Positions 16,932 through 24,362 of a DNA stretch of 24,362 nucleotides are shown here, piece after piece; the stretch's first letter is position 1, and the number at the start of each line of letters is the position of its first letter. Below the pieces are notes generated by a model. It was not told where the DNA came from and searched no databases. It was given only the letters and a program-made list of their open reading frames with translations. Source of the stretch: an uncultured Janthinobacterium sp. Lineage in GTDB: Bacteria; Vulcanimicrobiota; Vulcanimicrobiia; Vulcanimicrobiales; Vulcanimicrobiaceae. A program made the position numbers and the translations under genes. The stretch spans positions 1-24,362 of the forward strand of contig CAZZXB010000033.1 in the NCBI GenBank assembly GCA_964658025.1, read 5' to 3'.

Positions 16932-17889
16932 CGAGCGCGTACTCCTTGGGAAGACCCAGCATGAGATTGATGCTCTGCACCGCCTGACCCGCGGCACCCT
17001 TGCCGAGATTGTCGATCGCGGCGATCGCGCGCACGACGCGGCCGGAAACGGTGACGTGGATTTCGGCATCGGCCGTGCCGACGACGGCGACGAGGCTCGG
17101 CGCGCGGTCGCCCGCGAGCACGCGGATCGCGGGTTCGCCGTCGTACGCACGCGCGTACGCGGCCGCGACCGTTTCGGGATCGAGTTCGCGCGAGAAGATC
17201 GCGTAGCAGTCCGCGAGCATCCCGCGCGCGATCGGGACGACGTGCGGCGTGAACACGAGCGGCGCCGCGAAACCGAGCGCGCCGAGTTCTTGTTCGATCT
17301 CCGCCTGATGGCGGTGGCCGCCCAAACCGTACGCGCGCACGTCGCCCGCGGCTTCGGCGAACAAGAGTTCCGTGCGCGGTTTACGGCCCGCGCCCGTGAT
17401 GCCGCTCTTGGCGTCGACGACGAACTGCACGACGTCGTGCGCGAAGGGTGCGAGCGGCGCGAGCGCGAGCAGCGTCGCGGTCGGATAACAGCCGGGGTTC
17501 GCGACGAAGCGCGCGGTGCGCAGGGCGTCCGCGTAGCGTTCGGTCCAGCCGTACACGGCGCCGTCGGAGCGCTCGGCGAGGCGGAACGCGTCGGAGAGAT
17601 CGACGACGCGCGCCCCGCGTGCGAGCAACGCCGGGGCGGCCTCGCGCGCGGCGTCGCGCTCGCCCGCGAGCACGACGATGTCGTCGCGCGCCGCTTCGTT
17701 CGCGGCGGTCTCCGGCAGGTCGAAGCGTCGCGCGCTCGTGCGGAGCGCCGGAAAGACGTCCGCGACGGACGCCCCCGCGTGCGACGCGCTCTCGACCGCG
17801 CCGAGTTCGAGCCGATCGTGGCGCTCGACGAGGCGCATCAGCTCGCCCGCCGCGTATCCGGCGGCCCCGACGATATGGATCCGCGTCAT
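16909..17889 (-). CDS. argC: N-acetyl-gamma-glutamyl-phosphate reductase
   Basis: IVGAAGYAAGEL Rossmann motif, DLSDAFRL, catalytic ANPGCYPT, SGITGAG, HRHQAEI, FTPH, DNLGKGAAGQAVQ. Confidence 0.95.
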   Translation of the reverse strand: MTRIHIVGAAGYAAGELMRLVERHDRLELGAVESASHAGASVADVFPALRTSARRFDLPETAANEAARDDIVVLAGERDAAREAAPALLARGARVVDLSDAFRLAERSDGAVYGWTERYADALRTARFVANPGCYPTATLLALAPLAPFAHDVVQFVVDAKSGITGAGRKPRTELLFAEAAGDVRAYGLGGHRHQAEIEQELGALGFAAPLVFTPHVVPIARGMLADCYAIFSRELDPETVAAAYARAYDGEPAIRVLAGDRAPSLVAVVGTADAEIHVTVSGRVVRAIAAIDNLGKGAAGQAVQSINLMLGLPKEYALDDRAARL

Positions 17890-17925
17890 CTCGGGCGCCT
17901 TCGCACGCCGCTCCCTCGAAGCATC

Positions 17926-17958
17926 TGTATATTTATGCACATTTAGCATATAAATGCA
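17926..17958. promoter_or_regulatory. Tandem ARG boxes (ArgR operator) upstream of argC
   Basis: TGTATATTTATGCA (17926-17939) and AGCATATAAATGCA (17945-17958) match TGCAT-N4-ATGCA. They form an AT island in very GC-rich DNA, and argR is present in the window. Confidence 0.85.
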
Positions 17959-18015
17959 AGGCGATGGGGGAGGGGTCGTGCAACGTTCGCGCGTCGGAAG
18001 CGGGTCGAAGGATCG

Positions 18016-18537
18016 ATGAGCAACGAGCCTTTTTCGACCCAGCGCGCCATCCTCGCCGGAGGCTGCTTTTGGGGCATGCAAGATCTGATCCGGCGCTATC
18101 CGGGCGTCGTCGGGACGCGCGTCGGCTACTCCGGCGGCGACGTTCCGAACGCGACGTATCGCAATCACGGGACGCACGCGGAAGCGATCGAGATCCTGTT
18201 CGATCCGGCGAAGCTCTCGTACCGCGAACTGCTCGAGATCTTCTTCCAGATCCACGATCCCTCGACGCTCAACCGTCAGGGCAACGATCGCGGTCCGAGC
18301 TATCGCTCGGCGATCTACTACACGAACGACGAGCAGAAGCGCGTCGCGCTCGACACGATCGCCGACGTCGACGCGTCGGGCTTATGGCCGGGCAAGGTCG
18401 TCACGGAAGTCGCCGCGGCCGGCCCGTTCTGGGAAGCGGAACCCGAGCATCAAGATTACCTCGAGCGCGTTCCGAACGGCTACACGTGCCACTTCGTACG
18501 TCCGAATTGGAAGCTCCCGGTTCGCGCCCGGGCGTAG
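18016..18537 (+). CDS. msrA: Peptide methionine sulfoxide reductase A
   Basis: GGCFWG active site, [34 protein letters not shown]. Confidence 0.97.
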   Translation: MSNEPFSTQRAILAGGCFWGMQDLIRRYPGVVGTRVGYSGGDVPNATYRNHGTHAEAIEILFDPAKLSYRELLEIFFQIHDPSTLNRQGNDRGPSYRSAIYYTNDEQKRVALDTIADVDASGLWPGKVVTEVAAAGPFWEAEPEHQDYLERVPNGYTCHFVRPNWKLPVRARA

Positions 18538-18677
18538 CGGCGCGGGGCGGCCACGACCTTCGCCCGGCATCCTCGCGCGCTTCGTCGCGACGTTCCAGGA
18601 CGATGACGCGGCGACGCGTTCGCCCGCTTTCGTAAGCCGACCGCGAGCGTAGCGCCGCGAGATTATCTCAGAGACCT

Positions 18678-20117
18678 CTACCGCGAAGCGAGGTCGGTGT
18701 CCACGTCGGTCGTGAAGTCCTCGCATTCGCGTTCGATCGCGTCGAGCGCCCGTCGGACTTCGTCCGGATGCGTCGAGCCGATCGTACGCTTCGCGGCGAT
18801 CGAGGCGTGCGGATCGAGCGGCGCTCGCAGCGGCGATTCGAGTTTCGTCTGCTCCGCGATGTCGGCGAGATCGCGTTCGGCGAGCGGGCGATCCTCGGCG
18901 TCCGCGCGTGCGACGGCCGCACCGACCGCGGCGTGCGCGTCGCGCGCGCTCACGTTCGCCGCGACGAGCGCGTCGGCGATGTCGGTCGCGACGACGTAGC
19001 CGTCGTTCGCGCGCGCGTTCATCGCGTCCGCGTTCCAACGGAGATATTCGAACGCGCGCCGGAACGCGTCGAGCGTCGCGAGCGCGCGTTCGGTCCCGCG
19101 GAGCACGAGCGATTTCGTCTCTTGGAGATCGCGATGGTACGAGAGCGCGATCCCGGTCGCCGTCCCGATCGCGCCCGCGAGCGCGCCCGTCACGCGCGCG
19201 GCGTTCCCGCGCACGAGTTCGAACGGATCGGGGTTTCGTTTTTGCGGCATGAGGCTCGAGCCCGTCGATGCGGCGTCGTCGAGCCGCGCGAAACCGAAGG
19301 TGGGCGTACACCACAGCACGATCTCTTCCGACGCGCGCGACGCACCGACGACGGCGCGCGCCATCGCGTGCAAGAGGTCGAGGGCGAGGTCGCGATCGCC
19401 GACGGTGTCGAGCGCGTTGCGCGACGGCGCATCGAAGCCGAGGAGCTTCGCGGAGAGCGCGCGGTCGAGCGGGAGCGTCGAGCCGCTACACGCGCCCGAC
19501 CCGAGCGGCGAAAACCGCGTCGCATCCGTGCGGACGCGTTCGAAGCGGCGCGCGGCGCGCGCGAAGATTTCGGCGACTGCCGCGAGCCAGAAGGCGAGTA
19601 AGATCGGTTGCGCGGGTTGCCAGTGCGTCGTCGCCGCGAGCGTCGTGTCCGCTTCCAGCGCCTCGCGCGCGCGTGCGACTGCGAGGCGCGTCGTCGCCAC
19701 GCAGAGATCGCGCCCGCGCGTCGCGCGATCGCGTGCGTAGAGTGCGAGCGCGGTCGCGACTTGATCGTTGCGGCTGCGGCCCGCGTGCAAGCGATCGCCG
19801 ACGTTCGGGCGCAACTCGCGCACGCGCGCGTCGATCGCGCCGTGAACGTCCTCGAACGCCCCCGCGCGCGCCCACGTCGCGAACGCGCCGGTTTCGATCT
19901 CTTCGAAGACGATCGCGAGCGCGTCGTCGAGTTCGGTCGCGGTCTGCGGGGTCACGATCCCGCCCGAGGCGAGGGACGCGACGTGCGCCCGCGATCCGGT
20001 CGCGTCGAACGGCGCGAGCACGAGATCGTCTTCGAGCGAGGAGCCGAAGGCGATGAGCGCCGCATCGGGCGGCGTCGCGAAGCGGCCGCCCCACTGCAAC
20101 GATGTTTCTTCGCTCAT
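18678..20117 (-). CDS. argH: Argininosuccinate lyase
   Basis: WGGRF, EDVH, LHAGRSRNDQVAT, THWQPAQP, SPLGSGA, signature GSSLMPQKRNPD, YHRDLQE. Confidence 0.94.
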   Translation of the reverse strand: MSEETSLQWGGRFATPPDAALIAFGSSLEDDLVLAPFDATGSRAHVASLASGGIVTPQTATELDDALAIVFEEIETGAFATWARAGAFEDVHGAIDARVRELRPNVGDRLHAGRSRNDQVATALALYARDRATRGRDLCVATTRLAVARAREALEADTTLAATTHWQPAQPILLAFWLAAVAEIFARAARRFERVRTDATRFSPLGSGACSGSTLPLDRALSAKLLGFDAPSRNALDTVGDRDLALDLLHAMARAVVGASRASEEIVLWCTPTFGFARLDDAASTGSSLMPQKRNPDPFELVRGNAARVTGALAGAIGTATGIALSYHRDLQETKSLVLRGTERALATLDAFRRAFEYLRWNADAMNARANDGYVVATDIADALVAANVSARDAHAAVGAAVARADAEDRPLAERDLADIAEQTKLESPLRAPLDPHASIAAKRTIGSTHPDEVRRALDAIERECEDFTTDVDTDLASR

Positions 20118-20175
20118 GACCGACCCGCTTCGACGCGCGAGGCGATTTTGCGTTGCGCCGCGGAACGTACCGTCG

Positions 20176-21540
20176 ATGTTCGATTTTCGCGCTCCGATTC
20201 GGGCGCTCGCCCTCGGACTCGGCCTCGCTCTCGTCGTCTCGGGTTCGGGTGCGGGCGGCGCGACGCCCGGCGCGCGCGCGTCGGCGGCGACGGATCTCTC
20301 GGCGCTCGATCTCATCGAACTCGAGATCGGCTACACGACGTTGCTCTCGACCTACTATCGCCCGGTCGCGCCGAAAACGCTCGTCGACGGCGCGCGGACG
20401 GGGATCGGCGCGTATCTCGTGTCGCGGGGGATCGACCCGCGGTTACCGTTCGCGCCCGCGCGCGTCTCGCGCGGCGACGGCGGCGATCTCGTCACGAAGA
20501 TGGTCCTCGACGCGACCGTGCGCTATCCGCGGCGCGTCGCCGCGGGCGCGATCGTGCGGGCGGCGATCGCGGGCGAAGCGGCGTCGGTCCGCGATCCGTA
20601 TACGTTGCTCTTCCATCCGAAAGAATTCGAGAAGTTCAACGCGTTTCTCGGCAACGAGACCTTCGGCGGGATCGGCGCGACGCTCGCGCTCGATTCGGAC
20701 GGCGCGCACGTGCGCGTCGAGAATACGATCGCGGGGAGTCCGGCGGAGCGCGCGGGGATCCGCGCGGGGGACGCGATCGTCGCGATCGACGGCACGCCGA
20801 CCGCGAACGCCGACGCCGCGAGCGTGGGCGCGCGGTTACGCGGTAAGGTCGGAACGACGGTGCTGCTCACGCTGAGACGCGACGGCGCGACGCTGCCGCA
20901 GCGGGTCGCGGTCGTGCGCGCGAAGATCGCGCCGCCGGTCGTGACGTTCGCGTTACTCGCGAGCGGCGTCGGCTATCTCCGACTCGCGGGGTTCGGCGAC
21001 GACGCCGCAAAGCAGACGCGCGCCGCGATCGCGAGTCTCGAGCGCTCCGGTATGACCGCACTCGTGCTCGATCTACGCGGGAACGGCGGCGGATACGGCG
21101 AGGAAGCGAAGTCCGTCGCGTCGGCGTTCGTCGCATCGGGCCCGATCTTCGCGACGCAGGAGCGCGTGGGCGTGCCGCACGTCGAGCGCGCGACGGGCGA
21201 TGCGACGTTCGCGGGCAAACTCGTGGTGCTCGTCGACGGCGACACCGCCTCCGCGTCGGAGATCGTCGCGGGCGCGCTCCAAGACGACGCGCGCGCGACG
21301 ATCGTCGGCACGCGGACGTTCGGCAAAGGCGTCGTGCAATCGATCTACCCCCTCCCCGACGGCGCCGCGCTCAAAGTTACGACCGCGCGCTACACGACGC
21401 CGAAGGGCCGCAACATCGACGGCACCGGGCTCGCGCCGGACGTCGTCGTCACTCCCGCGCCGCGCCAGGTCGTCGGCGATCCGAAAACCGACGCGCCGCT
21501 CGCGCGGGCGATCGCGTTACTCGCGCCCGGTCCCGCCTAG
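20176..21540 (+). CDS. S41A carboxyl-terminal processing protease with PDZ domain (CtpA/Prc-like)
   Basis: Signal-like N-terminus, DPYT, PDZ FGGIG...GSPAERAGIRAGD, LDLRGNGGG, catalytic TASASEI and TFGKG, YTTPKGRNI. Confidence 0.92.
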   Translation: MFDFRAPIRALALGLGLALVVSGSGAGGATPGARASAATDLSALDLIELEIGYTTLLSTYYRPVAPKTLVDGARTGIGAYLVSRGIDPRLPFAPARVSRGDGGDLVTKMVLDATVRYPRRVAAGAIVRAAIAGEAASVRDPYTLLFHPKEFEKFNAFLGNETFGGIGATLALDSDGAHVRVENTIAGSPAERAGIRAGDAIVAIDGTPTANADAASVGARLRGKVGTTVLLTLRRDGATLPQRVAVVRAKIAPPVVTFALLASGVGYLRLAGFGDDAAKQTRAAIASLERSGMTALVLDLRGNGGGYGEEAKSVASAFVASGPIFATQERVGVPHVERATGDATFAGKLVVLVDGDTASASEIVAGALQDDARATIVGTRTFGKGVVQSIYPLPDGAALKVTTARYTTPKGRNIDGTGLAPDVVVTPAPRQVVGDPKTDAPLARAIALLAPGPA

Positions 21541-21669
21541 CCGATGCCACCGTCGAGAACGCGAGACGCGTCTCCGCGTAGCGGCGGGTGCCGTCGCAAC
21601 TCGCGATGCGACCTCACGATCGACCGCGGTATCGGATCGGCGTTCGATGACGCTCGGGCGCGGCCCCGT

Positions 21670-22902
21670 CTACGGCGCGAGCGTTAGCGGTTTCGCCTGC
21701 CCCGCGCGGACGCGCGCTTGGAGTTCGAGCGGGAGACCCCAGAGGGCGATGAAGCCTTCGGCGGCGTCGTGTTTGAAGCGGTCGCCCTCGCCGTAGGTCG
21801 CGAGCGATTCGTCGTAGAGGGCGAAGGGCGAGCGCGAGCCGTCGACGATCGCGTTTCCCGCGTGGAGTCGCATGCGGACGCTGCCGGTCATGCGCGTCGC
21901 GAGCGAGCCGTTGAACGCGTCGAGCGCGGTCCGCAGCGGCGAGGGCCACAGTCCGTCGTAGACGAGCTCCGCGTACTTCTGGTCGAGCGTGCTCTTGAGC
22001 CGGAGTTCGTCGCGCGTGAGGACGAGGCGTTCGAGCGCCTTGTGCGCGGCGATCAGCGTGACCGAGCCCGGGCACTCGTAGACTTCGCGCGACTTCACGC
22101 CGATCACGCGATCTTCGATCATGTCGATCCGGCCGATCCCGTGCGCGCCCGCGCGGGCGTTGAGCCACGCGACGAGCCCGGCACCGCGCCGTCCGTCGAC
22201 GATCGGCTCGCCCGATTCGAAATCGATAACGATGGATTCCGCTTCGTTCGGTCGCGCGTTCGGTGCCGCGGTCCACGCGTAGGCGTCTTCGGGCGGCGCG
22301 TTCCACGGATTTTCCAGGACGCCCGCTTCGATCGAGCGGCCCCACAGATTCGCATCCACGGAATACGGTTTCGCGGCCGTGTGCGCGATGGGGACGCCGT
22401 TCGCTCGCGCGTAGATCATCGCGTCCGGCCGCGAGAGCGGTTCGTCGCGCAGCGGCGCGAGCGTGGCGATCGACGGGTCGAGCGCGCGCGCGGCGAGCTC
22501 GATGCGGACCTGGTCGTTGCCCTTGCCCGTGCACCCGTGCGCGATCGCATCGGCACCGTAGCGCTGCGCGGTCTCGATCAATAACGTCGCGATGAGCGGC
22601 CGCGAGAGCGCGGCCGAAAGCGGATAGACGCCCTGGTAGAGCGCGTTCGCGTGCAGCGCCGGATACGCGAATTCCGCGACGAAGCGCTCCTTGGCATCGA
22701 CCAAGACGGCGTCGTACGCGCCGAGCGCGAGCGCCTTCGCCTTCACCTCGTCGAGCGCGGCGCTCGCGCCGGCGCCCGCGGTGCCGTCGCTCTCGCCGAG
22801 ATCGAGCGTGAGCGCGATCGTGCGATGCCCCGCAAGCACGAACTTTTTGAGCAGAACGGACGTATCGAGTCCGCCGGAATACGCGAGGACGATGGTGGAC
22901 AC
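21670..22902 (-). CDS. argG: Argininosuccinate synthase
   Basis: LAYSGGLDTS, LSRPLIA, HGCTGKGNDQVR, YSVDANLWGRSIE, KSREVYECP. GTG start overlaps the argR stop (TAGTG). Confidence 0.96.
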   Translation of the reverse strand: MSTIVLAYSGGLDTSVLLKKFVLAGHRTIALTLDLGESDGTAGAGASAALDEVKAKALALGAYDAVLVDAKERFVAEFAYPALHANALYQGVYPLSAALSRPLIATLLIETAQRYGADAIAHGCTGKGNDQVRIELAARALDPSIATLAPLRDEPLSRPDAMIYARANGVPIAHTAAKPYSVDANLWGRSIEAGVLENPWNAPPEDAYAWTAAPNARPNEAESIVIDFESGEPIVDGRRGAGLVAWLNARAGAHGIGRIDMIEDRVIGVKSREVYECPGSVTLIAAHKALERLVLTRDELRLKSTLDQKYAELVYDGLWPSPLRTALDAFNGSLATRMTGSVRMRLHAGNAIVDGSRSPFALYDESLATYGEGDRFKHDAAEGFIALWGLPLELQARVRAGQAKPLTLAP

Positions 22903-23375
22903 TAGAGCGGATCCTCCGAGCGCATGTCTTCGAAGCGCTGTCTGACGACGGGCATCTTCGCCGGGTCGTCGAGTACGACGAGAACGGTGTCGTCGCCGCC
23001 GAGCGTGCCGACGACTTCGGGCCACGCGGCTTCGTCGATCGCGGAAGCGACGAGCATCGCGCTCCCGGGCGGCGTGCGGATGACGATCTGGTTGAGCACG
23101 CCGCGGCAATCGCGCACGAGTTCGGCGATCACGCGGTGCAGGCGGCTCGCGTAGCCGCGACCGAGTCCGGGCTCGACGTACTTGAACTGCGTGCCGTTCC
23201 CGTTTCCGTTCTTGAGCGGAACCTTCACGAGACCGAGATCCTTGATGTCGCGCGACACGGTCGCCTGCGTGGCTTCGTAACCTTGACCCTCGAGGAGTTG
23301 CGCGAGCTCGTCTTGCGAGCGCACGGGACGCGTCGCGATGAGCGAGAGGATGGCGCGTTGGCGCGTCGTTTTCAC
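22902..23375 (-). CDS. argR: Arginine repressor
   Basis: RQRAILSLI, SQDEL, ATQATVSRDIKDL (wHTH), IRTPPGSA, GTLGGDDT (Arg-binding). GTGA overlap with argF. Confidence 0.95.
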   Translation of the reverse strand: MKTTRQRAILSLIATRPVRSQDELAQLLEGQGYEATQATVSRDIKDLGLVKVPLKNGNGNGTQFKYVEPGLGRGYASRLHRVIAELVRDCRGVLNQIVIRTPPGSAMLVASAIDEAAWPEVVGTLGGDDTVLVVLDDPAKMPVVRQRFEDMRSEDPL

Positions 23376-24346
23376 GATGTCGGCATACCTCGAAGATCCG
23401 TGAGCAGGGCGACGAGTAACGCCTTCTGGGCGTGCATGCGGTTTTCGGCTTGATCGAAGACGACGCTCTGCGGTCCGTCGATCACGCTCGCCGTCACCTC
23501 TTCGCCGCGATGCGCGGGCAAGCAATGCATGAAGATCGCGTGCTTCGCCGCGGCCGCCATGAGCTCGGAATCGATGCGGTATGGAGAGAGCGTCGCGGCG
23601 TTACGTTCTGCGAGATGTTCTTCGCCCATCGAGGTCCAGACGTCGGTGTAGATGACGTCGACGTCGCGCACCGCGCGGACCGGGCTCGTGAACGCGCGCG
23701 CCGTCGCGCCGTGCGGACGGCCGAGATCGAGCAGACGCGCGACGAACGCTTCGCTCGGTCGATGCGACGGCGGCGCGCCGAATTGCACCGAGACGCCGCA
23801 GGAGACGGCGGCTTCGGCGAGCGAGACCGCGACGTTATTGCGCGCGTCGCCGACGTAGGCGAGCCGCAAGCCCGAGAGCGTGCCGAACCGTTCGCGGATC
23901 GTCATGATGTCGGCGAGCGCCTGACACGGATGCGCGTGCGCGGAGAGGCCGTTGATGACGGGCACGGTCGCCGAGCGCGCGAAGCGTTGCAGCGGTTCGT
24001 GCGCGTGCGTCCGCACGACGATCGCGTCGACGTAGCGCGAGAGCACGCGCGCCGCGTCTTCGGGCGTCTCGCGCGAGCCGACCATGAACTCGGAACCCTG
24101 CGCGAAGAGCGCCGCGCCGCCGAGCTGCGTCATGCCGACCTCGAAGGAGACGCGCGTGCGCAGACTCGGCTTCTCGAAGAGCATCCCGAGCGTCTTTCCG
24201 CGCAGGAGCGGGAGCTGTTCCGAGGAGCGACCGTGTTTGAGATCCACGGCGATCGTGAGGATCGTCGCGATCTCGTGCGAGGCGAGGTCGGTAACCTCGA
24301 GAAAATGCCGCCCCCGAAGCCCGGGTTCGGCGACCGAAGCGATCAT
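23372..24346 (-). CDS. argF: Ornithine carbamoyltransferase
   Basis: FEKPSLRTRVSF, HPCQALAD, YVGDARNNV, TDVWTSMG, MHCLPAHRG, QAENRMH. Confidence 0.94.
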   Translation of the reverse strand: MIASVAEPGLRGRHFLEVTDLASHEIATILTIAVDLKHGRSSEQLPLLRGKTLGMLFEKPSLRTRVSFEVGMTQLGGAALFAQGSEFMVGSRETPEDAARVLSRYVDAIVVRTHAHEPLQRFARSATVPVINGLSAHAHPCQALADIMTIRERFGTLSGLRLAYVGDARNNVAVSLAEAAVSCGVSVQFGAPPSHRPSEAFVARLLDLGRPHGATARAFTSPVRAVRDVDVIYTDVWTSMGEEHLAERNAATLSPYRIDSELMAAAAKHAIFMHCLPAHRGEEVTASVIDGPQSVVFDQAENRMHAQKALLVALLTDLRGMPTS

Positions 24347-24348
24347 AG

Positions 24349-24362
24349 CGCATATTTATACA
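24349..24362. promoter_or_regulatory. ARG box immediately upstream of argF (window edge)
   Basis: Minus strand TGTATAAATATGCG closely resembles the argC box TGCATAAATATACA. A partner box may lie beyond the window. Confidence 0.75.

Noticed and set aside
23372..24346. SLRT instead of STRT in argF, hinting at N-acetyl/succinyl-ornithine transcarbamylase
   Set aside because: The ornithine-binding DxxxSMG and HCLPAHRG motifs are canonical for OTCase, and argJ supplies free ornithine.
227..24353. Many long Arg/Ala-rich overlapping ORFs (e.g. 528-2216, 12531-14489, 10383-11774, 16648-17946)
   Set aside because: Shadow frames expected from high GC and scarce stop codons. They carry no motifs and overlap well-supported genes.

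Overview
GC-rich, CpG-rich bacterial chromosomal segment with no transposase, integrase, CRISPR array, tRNA or rRNA that I can recognise. Left part: 3' end of an S8 (subtilisin-like) peptidase, alpha-glucan phosphorylase, a translationally coupled SnoaL-like/GNAT/carbon-nitrogen hydrolase trio, a zinc-ribbon CxxC-x17-CxxC protein, an OPT transporter, an lmo0937-like small membrane protein with a SigB/SigF-like promoter, gamma-glutamyltransferase, an orphan 75-aa ORF, an Hsp20 with a CIRCE operator over a sigma70 promoter, an HNH protein, and aminopeptidase P followed by a coupled 33-aa membrane peptide. Right part: a rearranged arginine cluster on the minus strand (argF-argR-argG, argH, argC-argJ-argD), interrupted by plus-strand ctpA-like and msrA genes. 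ARG boxes lie ahead of argF and argC, and there is no argB in the window. Two uncharacterised genes follow argD. The more striking is a 451-aa protein that appears to combine a permuted papain-like His...Ser catalytic domain, an S1/OB-like domain and a C-terminal membrane anchor. All calls come from reading motifs by eye; no searches were run. The composition and hypothetical proteins loosely suggest Eremiobacterota/WPS-2, which is a low-confidence impression.
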